A stretch of DNA of 64,000 bases, taken from the NCBI RefSeq assembly GCF_009914755.1, contig NC_060927.1. One strand, written 5' to 3'. Source of the DNA: the human T2T-CHM13v2.0 reference genome, Homo sapiens. The notes under the pieces were generated by a model that made no database searches, had not been told where the DNA came from, and saw only the letters and a program-made list of their open reading frames with translations. The translations under genes were made by a program, and so were the position numbers. Positions 28,281 to 41,863 of this stretch are shown piece by piece (the stretch's first letter is position 1; every line of letters begins with the position of its first letter).

Positions 28281-28860
28281 AAAGACAAATATTGCGACGT
28301 GTGCTTTTCCTAAATGTACATGGCCAAATTTACTAATTACTTCAAAAATAAAATCAAACAAAACTGAGATTACATTTATCATCTCCAAATGTGAGATGAT
28401 ACATATGTATATATATATGGAGAGAGAGAGAGTGTAAGAAACTCGTATTTCTTGATTCCTTGTATTTTAATTTTTTTGTAATTAATTCTACTATCTCAAT
28501 GATTCAAATAAGGTTGAGATTGTATATCTGTTACTAAACCAGTATCATGTAGAGATGATTAACTGTTTAGAAAGTAATAATCATTTTTAAAGTCCTCTTA
28601 AGAATTAATATTTTATACTGGTTGAGCTAAAATAGATAATCTGAAACAAATGCTATTTTCTATTACTCCTATTCTGTTAAACATTCCAGTACGTTTGAGC
28701 ACTTGCTTATTTTTTGTTTGTCATTAAAATGAACCCTATTTTAAATGCTTTCTGAGACTGAAGAAGTGCTCTCTTCTCTCCACCAAAACTTTAAAAATAA
28801 TCCCTTCTCTTATGTTACACAGTTCTATAGATATTGCCTTCAGAAATAGAATTTAATATC

Positions 28861-29183
<323 letters not shown>

Positions 29184-30854
29184 TTACAATTTGGACAGAA
29201 AATTAATACATGTCATGTTTGAGGGAGTCAGGGATTGTTTTAAATTTGGTACATAATAGAGACAGATGAATCAGAAATATCTTTAGCATACTGTGTATAG
29301 AGGGTAACATAATTAAGAAAGTGCCTTTACATATTAATGAGAGAGTTCACTCACTCACTAATCAATAAATGGAAGCTGCTTATCAAAAGCATCAACTATA
29401 AAAGGGGAAAAATATTTAAAATATGAAATATGTGAAAATAACTAAGGAAACGTTATATCAAGCTTAAAAATCTATTAGTGGAGTTAGAAAGAAATCAATA
29501 TATAAATATATATGAAAATTTTTTCACCTGAAGAAAGGATACTAAAATTTCTATATTCTTGCATTTTTTATCTTCATTTTACTGTAAAACATTAAGATTG
29601 TATACTAAGGGATATAACAAAATGATAATAGAAGCATAAAAATTAGTTTTACAACTATATAATATGTATATTTATGTGTGTGCATTACGTCATTAAGTCT
29701 CACAGTGAGAAGATGGAAAATTGGTAAGTCCAAATAACAAAGTTGTGATAAAATGTAGAAAAAGTGAAATTAAAAGAATGAAGCTCCTATGTAGTTTCTA
29801 CTACTTAAAAATTTCTTGACTTAGGCATAGAAACTTAACTGGAATTATCCTTTTGTCTCTTTTTTTCTAGTATAAAAACTAAAGAGGTAATGAGAAACTA
29901 CTATTATGATTTAGACAATGTAAACACCCATTGTGTTTATTTAGATAACGTTAAGGCATAAAGTTATGATTGATTAGATTCTGGTGAATTAATTGGCTAA
30001 GATAAATTTTTGGTTCACCTCAAAGCAACTTTGTGAATAAAACAAGCCCTAGATTTAAATACACAATACACTTTTAAATATACCTAATTTGAGAAGTGAG
30101 GAATGCCTCAAAAAAATTCATTAATATAACTTCACTAAATGAAATATTATCAAAACCTCCAAGAAATAGAATCAGATATTTTCGGATTATGCCCACTGTC
30201 TCTCTGTATTAAACAGCTTTGTTTTCTGCTATAGCATTTTGCCCTCTTTTGGGGGAATAAGCAGTGTTTTGACAAGCCCCCGTGTTCTACCCCAATACCC
30301 TAGCTGTATCAACATGTGTATGTGCATTAGGCATCATAATTGAGGAGTATGTCAGACTCATTTCTACTCCTGGACCTATTCTGAGATGGTTACTAGAAAA
30401 GACAATGGGCTAAGGACGTGAATAGACAATTCCCAAAAGAAGACATACAAGTGGCCAACAAACACATTAAAAAATGATCAACATCACTAATGATCAGGGA
30501 AATACAAATAAAAACCACCATGTGATACCGCCTAACCCCTGCGAGAATGGCCATAATCAAAAATTTAAAAAATAATAGATTTTGGCAGGGATGTAAACAC
30601 TTTTACACTGCTGGTGGGAACATAAACTAGTTCAACCACTATGGAAAACAGTGTGGAGATTTCTTAAAGAACTAAAAATAGAACTACCATTCGATCCAGC
30701 AACCCCACCACTGGGTATCTACCCAGAGAAAAGTAAGTCATTATGCAAAAAAGATACTTGCACAAGCATGTTTATAGCAGCACAATTTGCAGTTGCAAAA
30801 ATCTGGAACCAGCCCAAGTGCCCATTAATCAATGAATGATAAAGGAAATTGTGA

Positions 30855-30966
30855 TATGTGTGTGTATATATATATATATATATCACAATATGTGTATGTA
30901 TATATATATCACAATGTATATATAAACATATATATATGTGTGTATATATGTGTGTATATATATATG
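30855..30966. repeat. (TA/TG)n low-complexity tract within L1PB
   Basis: Direct reading. Confidence 0.9.
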
Positions 30967-31131
30967 CACTGTGGAATATTACTCAGCCATAAAAAGAAAT
31001 GAAATGATGGCATTCGCAGCAATGTAGATGGCATTGGAGACCATTATTCCAAGTGAAGTAACTCAGGAATTGAAAAGCAAATATCCTGTGTTCTCACTCA
31101 TAAGTGGGAGCTAAGCTATGATGATGCAAGG

Positions 31132-31299
31132 TGTCGTGGGGTGGGGGGATGGGGGAGGGATAGCATTAGGAGAAATACCTAATGTAAATAACGATTAATG
31201 CATGCAGCAAACCAACATGGCACATGTATACCTATGTAACAAACCTGCACGTTGTGCACATGTACCCTAGAACTTAAAGTATAATAATAAATAAAAAAA
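31132..31299 (+). mobile_element. Short L1PA (about PA6-7) 3' tip nested in L1PB
   Basis: gggatagcattaggagaaatacctaatgta...ccctagaacttaaagtataataataa plus A tail. Confidence 0.9.
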
Positions 31300-32020
31300 G
31301 AATGATACAATGGACTTTGGAGACTTGGAGGAAAGGGTGGGAGGAGGGTGAAGGACTGTAAATTGGGTACAGTGTATACTGCTTGGGTGATGGGTGCACA
31401 AAAATTTCAGAACTCACCACGAAAGAACTTATTCATGAAACAAAACGCCACCTGTTTCCCCAAAACCTATGAAATTTTTTTTTAAAATGATGATGATGAT
31501 AGTATAACATTTTAAAAAGGGGATTTCATGGATATTTTAGGGGTCAGGAAAGATGTAAGCCTGTATCTTAAACTTGATGTGTCTATAGAACTTGAATTTT
31601 TCTCTCCAAATTGATGCCCTACACATACCGCACAGGGTCTAAGATGAGTCTTTCAGGTCATTTTTGAATGGTGCAATTACATCATGTTTGGCCTAATTTT
31701 ATCATAAGTGTATTTTACCCTATTCTCATTTTGTTAAAGCTGGCCTTCTGCATATATATGTTCTTTTCTCACTGACCAGAATGATTAATTAATTAGAATG
31801 TCCCATCTCACCATCATTCTGCATAATGAGAGTTTACTGTACAGCTATTTTTGGTTGTTGAAATAGTGGAAAGCTGTTCACAATGATGAGTACCTGAATC
31901 TGCTGATTGTAGACATGGGTAATTCACAATATTTCATCAGTCATGAGGGGAGCAGACAAGCTAATTGACCCACTTAAGGGACTGAGCTCCCCAAAGAGGG
32001 CTGTCTTTCATGGCTTAAGT

Positions 32021-32140
32021 CCCATTAATCAACAAATACTCATTGAGCTCCTGCTGTGAGCCTTCCGTGATGCTGGAGATGCAGGTACAGAGTGCAAATC
32101 AAGACCCCTGTCCCATTGAATCTTTTGATTCAGTTGAAGA
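32021..32140 (-). mobile_element. L2 3'-end fragment
   Basis: attaatcaacaaatactcattgagctcctgctgtg, the antisense L2 terminus. Confidence 0.65.
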
Positions 32141-32159
32141 GCATGATTCACACAAGGCA

Positions 32160-32370
32160 GCGCCAGGAAAACATGCTGTATTCATGAAAAGGATCACGTC
32201 ACATGCCCGAGAAAGCTGCCGACTAGCGCAGGATGTGAAAAAAGAATCAAATAATGCAGAAGAGACCTCTTGCACATGCTGACCAGAGAATAACAAAACA
32301 CAGAGCCCACCCGCAGCAGGTGTTAACATGGAGGGCGCACCTTTGCGCGTGGCCACGTGACATGCCATGT
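32160..32370. promoter_or_regulatory. Candidate promoter/enhancer: local CpG cluster with USF/TFE-type E-box
   Basis: 10 CpGs in about 200 bp of non-repeat DNA in a CpG-poor window; GGCCACGTGAC at 32351-32361; TCACGTCA at 32194-32201. Confidence 0.4.
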
Positions 32371-32667
32371 GTCCAGGATAAGAAGTAGACATCAAAGGCC
32401 ATTTTCAGGCTCTGGGGGATAACAAAAACCAATCCTTTAAAGTTGTTGGGGATTTTTGCTTTGTTCTGTTTCTAACTGTGTTTTCTGATTACACTGGGAG
32501 TTCGCTCCAGGAACACAGGATGGAGCCCGTTAGGAAAATGGACCTTTCCATTGAGGGAGATCCCAAAGTCAAAACAGCCACTTAAACAAAACAAACAAAG
32601 AAACAAAAGACAGTGGGTATCTAGACACTGTCTAAATTATAGTAGCAGTTTCTCTTTACCTATATAG

Positions 32668-32703
32668 TTTTTATACTAGAAAAAGACGAAAAGATAATTC
32701 CAG
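32668..32703 (+). other. Candidate 36-nt microexon
   Basis: tttctctttacctatatAG acceptor and CAG|GTAAGT donor; length divisible by 3; two open frames. Confidence 0.25.
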
Positions 32704-34224
32704 GTAAGTTTCTATCATAAGAAAATTAGAAAGAAGTGAAACGGTAAAATTTTTTGAAATATAAACCCTGTTTTATGTTTATAAATATAAAGCCTAGCAG
32801 AAAGCCTGGGAGTCGCAAAGAGCAGTAATAGATTTAATCTATCTCAGTGTGTTTATTTTGACTTACATGAATTGGACACCTCTGTGAAATACACAGCTGA
32901 ATACCACTGAGGCAGTCACTGGTGGCTGAGCTCTGCTGACTTGCTGGGTGGGACACCTGACACCTCTGGATATCTTTAAGGTAGTTTCTGACAACTTTCT
33001 TGGTGGAAATTGACTAGGTCCCTTTTTGTTTATGTAAGAGATTTAGGATATGCCTCATCGATTCATGTTTTCAATATCTTCACACCTGGGATTTTTTTTC
33101 CTCATATAATTCCCAAGATACCTATTTATTCTACAATCATTGAAATTTGTTTTATATCTTCTATTCCACAATCCTACCATGATATTGAGGCTTCCCAAAT
33201 CCAATCTATATTTATACCAAAATGCCTGGTGAACTACCAACTCTGATACAGCTCTGATCTCTAGAAAATAATTGAAAATCCTTTTGGGGGTGCTAGTGAT
33301 TATCTACATATGAACATTGACATGTCTGTGAAATAACTCCATGCTGTTTGGAAAGATTCTTAGGTTTAGCATGTGCACATGTTTTAATCTCATCACATCT
33401 TTTATCTACTGCTTTTGCCACCTGGCCTGAAAGAAATTTGTTAGGTTAAATAAAATGTTCCGTGGGGACTATGTCTTTGCAATGACTATTTGCTAATTGT
33501 TTATTACCAGTGGACACTAGAGAGGTATAGGTAAAGTTATAACGGTATTTGACATATTGTTAAACAGGTTGGAAACAAATTAGGTGTTGTAAAACTTTCA
33601 TGGTCAGTTAAATATGGTGGCAGTTACTAGTCATAAGCAGTAAGAACACCTATTTGTTGGCAATAGAAACAGAAAAATGAAATATCAGTCCTTCTCTGTA
33701 GATAGTTTGAGAAGAATTGTCTCTCATTAAGGTGGTTGATTTGGAGATGTATTAATAACACAGCATTTTGTGTTTAAATAATGTAATTCTATTTCCAAAT
33801 AAATATTTAAAAAGAGTAAAAAAATGTGGATATGAGAAATTTGAGAAGACAGGTAAGCCAAATCCAAATATGCTGTATAAAATTCAGGTGGAAATGGTTT
33901 GCCTTAACAGGCATTTGTTGAAGAGTTATTTGATTTTTTAATGTCACAAAAGGGAACTGCAAAAATATTTGCTGAATCCTTATATTTAAAGCTCATACAG
34001 AATAGAGAGCAAGACTGTTTTGCTTGTATGTAGAACTCATGAAAGATGTGAAGTAGATGAGGCACCAATACATGTTTTTACATTATGAGTGATCTGAAGC
34101 TGAGCATATGTCACTTATTTTTTACAGTCCTATCTCTATTGAAAACTGTGCCAAAATATTTAATAATATTCAGCTTCAATCACCCAAAGGTAAAGGTCTT
34201 GATTTTATAACATTCATTGCAGAT

Positions 34225-34365
34225 AAATTATACTGGGCATCTGTATGTTTGGTACCTTAATAATAGCAAAAAACTTTTACATGTTATTTCATGTGGTCCT
34301 CAAAAATCCTCCAAAGACAAGAAAGTATTTCTTTTCATTTTATAGAGGAAGAAATCATCAGTAAG
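34225..34365 (-). mobile_element. MIR (continues at about 36745-36835 after the L1)
   Basis: ttttacatgttatttcatgtggtcctcaaaaatcct...cattttatagaggaagaaa. Confidence 0.6.
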
Positions 34366-34419
34366 TACCTGGTGAGACTGAGGCTCAAAAGGAAATGGTT
34401 GAACAAAAAGTCAGCCAAC

Positions 34420-36735
34420 AAGTTGGCAGATACAGAATACTCCATTAAACAACTGCACAATTCATGTCTTTCAAGCCCTCATGGAATAGTGGCTAAGACT
34501 GAGAATATTCTAAGCCATAAAATCAATCTTATAAAATTTAAAATAATTGAAATCATGAAGAGTGGTTTCTCTGATAATAACTGAATAAAAAGAAAAAATC
34601 AGTAAGAGCAAGGCTACAAAATATCTTCAAACTCTTGAAAATTAAACAACATACTTCCAAATAGGTCATAGGGGAAGATTAAAAATAAACAATAAAATAT
34701 AGAGACCTAAGTGGAATGAATACAATGCATGTGACATACTGCCAAGATATATGAGCTACAACTATAGCAGTGCAGAGGGGAACACATATATTTACCCTTA
34801 AAACAGGCAGAGTCTAAATTCAAAAATGTAAGTTCTCACCTTAAAAAACTAGAAGAGAAAATAGACCTAAAGCAAACAAAAGGAATAAAATAATATAAAT
34901 AAGAGCAGAAATTAATTACATTATATATCATCTATTTAGAAAACATCCATGAAATGACTAAAAACAATAGAAAAAAATCAATGAAACAAAATGCTGGTCT
35001 TCAGGAAAAAATCAATAACTGATAAAATTGATTGATAAAATAAGAATGACAAATTTTTAAGAGACACAGATCACGAACATCAGTAATAAAACAGGGATAT
35101 CACCATGGATTTTGAAAAAGAATAAAGTATAATAAAAGAATATTAAAAACAACTTTTGTCACATAAATAAGACAAAAATGAATTTCTCAAAAACCACAAA
35201 CGATTAACATTCACCCAAAATGAAACAGACAACCAGAATAGTTCTATAGCCATTGAAGACATTTAATTTGTAATTTAAACCTCCTGAAAGAAACAATTAC
35301 AAAATTTCAAATGGTTTCCATAAACAGTTCAGATAAATATTTAAAGAATAATTTAAACCAGTTTTATACACACTTTTCCAAACAACAGAAGACGAAATAT
35401 TTTCCAAATCTTTTTATGAGACTAATGTTGTTGTAAAACCATAACCAGACAAAAACAATTTAAAAAACTACAGACTAATATATCTCATGAACATAGATAT
35501 AAAAAATCATCAATAATATCCAGACAATTGAATGCAACAAAGAATAAAAATAATTATATAAGATGACTAACTGGGATTTATTCTAGGTATGCAGGAGTGG
35601 TTCAACATTTGAAAATCAATGTAATCTAATGTATCAACAAGGTAAGGAGTAAACTCAGCTCACTGCAACCTCCACCTCCTGGGTTCAAGCAATTCTCATG
35701 CCACAGCCTCTCAAGTAGCTGAGATTATAGGCACGTGCCACCATGCCTGGGTAATTTTTATATTTTTTAGTAGAGATGGGGTTTCACCATGTTAGTCAGG
35801 CTGGTCTTGAAACTCCTGGCCTCTTGATCTGCCTGCCTTGGCCTCCTTCCAAAGTGTTGGAATTACAGGCATGAGCCATCTCACCAATCCTGAATTCTTA
35901 TAAATTGATGCAGAAAAAGCATTTGACAAAATCCAACACATATTCAATATAGAAGAAAATCACAAAAAATTAGGAATAGATGGGATAATGAATAGCATCT
36001 ACAAAATAGTATCTACAGCTACCATCATGCTTAATGGTAAAATACTAAATGCTTTTTCACTAAAATTGGAAACAAGACAAGGATGTCTACTCTCACTTTC
36101 CTTATGTTACATAATACTGGAAGTTTTAGACAATGCAATAAGAAAAGAAAAAGAAATAAAACACATACAAATTATAACAAAAGAAATGAAGAAATCTTAT
36201 GTACAGATGGCATGTTTGCTTATGTAGAAAATTCCAACCTATCTACAAAGTAATTTCTAGAAATAATTGAACTGATTCAATTGGCAGGATACAAGTTCAA
36301 AGTGATGCTGAGTGAAAACGATAATCTTAAAAGGTTGTATACTACATGATTCTATTTATTTAACATTAATGAAATGACAGGCATATAGACATGGAGAAGA
36401 GATAGTGATAGCCAGGGGAATATGGGGATCGAGAAAAGGGTGGAGGAAATATCAACGCTATTAAATGGTAGCGAGAAGGATCCTTGTCACAGAACTTTTC
36501 TGTATCTTGACTATGGTGACAGTCATAGAAGTTTACAAATGTGATAAAATTGCACAGAAGTAAATACACACATACACACAAATGAATATATGTAAAACTA
36601 GTGAAATCTTAGTAAGATTGATGGACTGTGCTAATGTAAATTTCCTGGCAAGATATTGCCAATGGTTGATTAACCTAACTACTCTGTGTTATTTTTTATA
36701 CTTGCATGTGAATCTAAAGTTACATCACAAATGCT
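34420..36735 (+). mobile_element. L1MC/L1MD-type element, ORF2 part joined to 3'UTR
   Basis: RT-region peptides (IMLNGKILNAFSLKLETRQGCLLS; gatgcagaaaaagcatttgacaaaatccaaca) and L1MD-like 3'UTR (gtgataaaattgcacagaag...gcatgtgaatcta). Confidence 0.85.
35655..35890 (-). mobile_element. Alu (S-type), 3'-truncated, nested in L1M
   Basis: Alu text from ctcagctcactgcaacc to gagccatctcaccaatcc; no tail. Confidence 0.9.
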
Positions 36736-37242
36736 AACAAGAATAAAGTGCGTGGCTTTGCCAACTTTTACAGAGCTGCTGAGAGATGAAGGAAGAAATA
36801 TAATCGTTTTGTCACTCTTAGCCTGAAGCTCTTTTCCCTTCAAAATAGCAAGTGCCCAAGGCAAACAATGACTTAAATTGAGAAAAGAAGTTATTATTAC
36901 TAGTTATTTGTCTGAGCTTATGTTATTTTTTATGAATTCCTATAATTAATTGAAAACACAGACAAAATTATAAAAGTGCAATAGTCAAGGAAACAGAGGC
37001 ATAACAGCCCAGAAAAATGTTAGGCCTGCAAGTGTTCTTTCCCATGCATAATCATATTAGAACATGGAAGTGTGACATTGAACATCATGTGCAGAGTTAC
37101 TGTACTGCTGACTCATTTGTAATTTTCTTTTTGTTCCGGGTGATCTAAAACTATAAATGTTTTTAATTAATAAGAATGATCTTTAATTTTAAAATGAGAA
37201 GAAAGAAAAGCAAATTATCAATTGTATCTGGGTGTGTGTGTG

Positions 37243-37727
37243 TGTATTCATTTCCTATTGCTGATGTCTATAACAAATAACCACAAACTTAATGGCTTCG
37301 ACAACACAATTTGTTTTCTTTCACTTCTGGTGATCAGAAATGGGTCTTGTAGGCTAAAATTAAGCTATCAGCAGGGCTACATTTCTTCTAGAGACTCTAG
37401 GAAAGGTCCATTATTTACCTTTTCCAGAGCCTTCCAGAAGCTGTTTTCATTCCTAGGTGCATGGTCTCCTTCCAGATATGATAATTTTCCAACCTCTGCT
37501 TTTGTTGTCATACCTCCTTGTTTGACTCTGACCCTCCTACCTCTCTTTTCTAAGGACCCTTGTGATCACTTTGGGGCCATCTGGATAATCCAGAGTAGCC
37601 TTCCTATCTCAAGATGGTCAACTTAATCATATCTGTAAAGGTCTTTCATCACGAAAAGGAACACAATCACAGATTTCTGGGATTAAAACATGGATATCTT
37701 TCGGGGATCATTATTTTGTCTACTACG
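37243..37727 (-). mobile_element. MLT1D-like MaLR LTR
   Basis: tgtattcatttcctattgctg...taaggacccttgtgat...ggataatccag...ggattaaaacatggatatcttt. Confidence 0.85.
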
Positions 37728-39974
37728 TGGGTAAACTGATAATAAATTCTCACATTTCAAAGTACAAGTTCAAGACCAAGTCATCACTGTGTCAATGTTA
37801 TGAAATATTTCATGACTTAAAAGTACATCTCCATAATTTTGTTACAATCTGGTAATACGATCCGCTTCATGTAGGAGTCCCCATTTTAAAGTGTAAGAAT
37901 CTGAAATGACAAGCAATGCTTCCTCTAGTTACAAAAATAATGAAGGTTATGATTAAATTTTATCTTTATGAAGTGGGTATATTCACAAGGACTGCATATG
38001 CTGGATAATCAGCAGAAATTTTTATAATGTGAAGCATTCTCTATTAATTTTTATATTTTAAAAAATAAATCCTCAAACTGTATAATCTAGCATAAATGCT
38101 CACATACAGACCATACTAATATACTTGCATAATAGTTTACACAGGATAATTTTTCAATTTGAATGCAATACAGCATAACATGTTTAATAATTGAATAATA
38201 AAATATTTTCAACCTGAATGCTGAATGTGGGATCTGCAATCATTAAAATTCAAGTTCTTATAAATGATTCATAATTTAATGATAATTACCGAATTTCACC
38301 TTCCCCTACCCCAATCAAAAGAAATCCTGCATCTTCTTAAATGATAAATTGTTCCACAACATTCTCATACATCACATTTCCAAAAAACAACTATGATCAC
38401 TAACGCTCCTCTAGTCACATGGCTAAAAATTAATGACTTATGGGATATGGGTTTCACCCTTTCATTACATTTATAATTTATAATGTGGATCAACAAAGCA
38501 AAAATAAGCCTCGGGTGTGCCAACTATAGTGGTGTATGATAGTTTGCATAACTGGATGCCAGTTATATGTGTAAACTGTGTCTACTTGCAAGGCTTAGGT
38601 ACAGCAAACTATTTGCCATCTCATTCTAGCTATTTCCCCTCTCTATTAAAATATTGTTAAATATTTGGTTAGTGAAGCTTATATTGTTATGAGCTTCTGT
38701 TTGTTATTCTATTTGAAATCAGAGAATTTCCATGAGGAAAATGGGTTTGACATATATATATATATAATCTTAGCATATGTATATATACATTTTGATATTT
38801 TGGTAATGTACTGAATATTTTTATCAGAATTAATAGTGGTAAGAACTTTGGTCCTATTTTAGTGTCTTGAGCCACACAGAGCTAAAGTCATTTACAATTT
38901 TTATATAATATGATAGGTATTTTCATAAGAAGGTACTTAAGAGTAAATAAGAAATCTAAAATGAATTGCACTCAAATTATTTTTCTCTGACTTACCTTTC
39001 CCATTTATCGCTTACAAGATAGTAACGAAATTAGTTATAATATGTCTTACTAAGGCGCTAGCCCTCAGACAAGCAAATAAACTTAGAGATCTCTAATAAA
39101 AGCAATGAGTGTCATCCTTGGTCCACAGAATTGAAACATATCTTATTTCCTGAGGGTAGTCCCTAAGGTTTACAGTTCTGAAATTTTGTATTTTTTAGGA
39201 AAATTGAGAATTAAAAGGTTACACAGTTAATGCTAGATAATGGTTGTGGCTCTATAATGTGTTTTAGAAGGTTTATAAATAAATAAATAAATAATCCTAC
39301 ATCCATAAATATTTTAAATGGTTGATCCCACAAGCTACATACACATAACAGCACTAGTTTGTCAGACTTAGTGAAAAAGTAGCATTAGGGAAAGCAGATT
39401 CACTATGAGTTGAAACAATACACATGCTAGGGCTCTTACACATAAATGCCTGAACAGAGTGCACAGAGGAAGGAATGTTCCATTAGCCGGAAGGTAAGAC
39501 GCTGTCTGGAAAGGACTACAGCAGTACTTACTCTGCCCATACCTGACTTGTCATGCATTTAGCATTTGTTTTGTGAGAGCATACTCAATCTTCAATTTAG
39601 TATTTCTAATGATTGATTACATTGACTCTCTGTGGAGTGAGGATTCCATACTACTAATGAGTAATGTAAATTATGCCTCTTGTTTATGCTACTATTTATA
39701 AAACACACACTACAGCAAGGTGGCCACTATCCATTTCATTCACAAATGTTAACCTTGGGATATCGACAAAGTGAAGACCATAAAGTGTAGTAAATTTAGT
39801 ATACTTTAGGATGTAGTAAAATATTTTTAAATAAAAACAATATTTTTTTGAGGACGGTATAACATCATTTTATTATTTTTTTTTCTGACAACATTGGTAG
39901 ACTCTGCATCAAAACAATTGTTATGTCATCATCTAAACCTAACAAAAATGGTCTAGCAACTAAAGCCTGAAATG

Positions 39975-40095
39975 ATTTCCTTCTTTATTCCTTTCTTCCT
40001 TCCTTTTTTCCTTCTACATCCTCCTTCTTCCTTTCTTTATTCCTTCTCCTCCTCCTTCTCTCCTTCCTCCTTTTTCCCCTTCTCTTTCTTCTTTA
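39975..40095. repeat. CT-rich low-complexity tract
   Basis: Direct reading. Confidence 0.85.
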
Positions 40096-40278
40096 TTTAA
40101 AGGTTCTCGTTGTTCTTAATATTACCAACATTTTTACCCCTAAAGACTTATCCAAATGGTTGGGAGGCCCAAATTTTAAACAATGCAATTATGGTCATGA
40201 ATCATATAAACATGGGTATGAGGAGGAGAAGTATACATAAAAAAAGGAAATGAATTGTAACTTTTTAAAGCTATTTTA

Positions 40279-40573
<295 letters not shown>

Positions 40574-40852
40574 TCTACTTCAAGCTACTTCAAATCTTTA
40601 AAAGGTGAGTGAGCTATGTAAAACACACATATGGTAACAAAAGCAATTAATATATGGTTCTTCTTGAAAATTGTTGGTGTATTAAAGGTATGATGCTATA
40701 CACAATTGTCCATTTAAAGCATATGAAAATTGTAAATAAATATTTTTATTTGTGTTATCTGGGTAGAGGAAAACTTTTGTAAGAAGAAATTGAAACATTA
40801 GATTAATATATACTTACTATCACCTACTATGTAAGTATATGATTACAAACTA

Positions 40853-41180
40853 TTTATTTTTATTTATTTATTTATTTATTTATTTATTCTTTTTTTTTTT
40901 TTTTGAGATGGAGTCTCGCCCTGTTGCTGGAGTGCGATGGCATGATCTCGGCTCACTGCAACCTCTTCCTCCTGAGTTCAAGCGATTCTGCTGTCTCAGA
41001 CTCCTGAGTAGCTGGGAGTGCAGGGGTGCACCACCATGCCCAACTAATTTTTTGTATCTTTTGTAGAGACGGGGTTTCACCATGTTGGCCAGGCTGGTCT
41101 TGAACTCCTGACCTCATGAGCTGCCCACCTCAGCCTCCCACAGTGCTGGGATTACAGATGTGAGCCACCGCGCCGGGTCC
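40853..41180 (-). mobile_element. Alu (AluSg-like)
   Basis: Antisense dimer with (TTTA)n/T tail. Confidence 0.93.
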
Positions 41181-41823
41181 AGACATTTATTTAATAATAT
41201 GCCTATAGAGAGAAATGTCATTATATTGAAGAGAAATTTATTTCAGGTTGTCAGAGTTATCTAATGACTAGATACTTTAGCATGTAGGATTGTTAACTGC
41301 AACTCTCTTAAGAAGTATACCGTCACAATTATTAAAAGCTGCGCTCAGAAACCCAGTTCTCTCCATCATATTTTTAAGAATTGTTTCTGCAAGTTTTGCT
41401 CTTTAAAAAGTTAAGCAAAAGATGAATCAGGTCATGTCTCTTAACCAGAAAAGAGATTCTCAGATAAAATAACAACTTGGGAATAACAAAATATGTCTGA
41501 AAGGTTTTCTTATTACATAATAAGCCTATTAGAGACCAAATTCAGTAAAAAGACAATTAAATAGAACACCTAGACATTAAGGGTCTAATAATGAAAAAAC
41601 AGGTTTACCTTCGTATTATCTACCATTTACTTTATAGGCAATTTGAAGTTTCATCCTACTCAAAGAATCTTGACAATCTATTTAACAAAGTAGTTTTCTT
41701 AAATCTATAAATAATAACAATATGAACATATATATAAGTATATATGGATATATATAGAGATATTGATTTATATTTCAAATGTATGTATAAAAAGATACAT
41801 TCCAGATTTATATCTATATGTAA

Positions 41824-41826
<3 letters not shown>

Positions 41827-41859
<33 letters not shown>
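41827..41859. repeat. (TG)16 microsatellite
   Basis: Direct reading. Confidence 0.97.

Positions 41860-41863
<4 letters not shown>

Larger units (their letters stand above)
30405..31487 (+). mobile_element. L1PB (L1PB1-like) 3' end
   Basis: ORF2 end (WRFLKELKIELPFDPA) and gagctaagctatga...gaatgatacaatggactttgg 3'UTR. Confidence 0.9.

Noticed and set aside
32668-32703. Resemblance of the charged microexon to triadin-type small exons
   Set aside because: The peptide does not match the triadin sequence as I recall it; no gene assigned
37222-37626. 134-aa ORF
   Set aside because: Lies within the MLT1D LTR; no coding features
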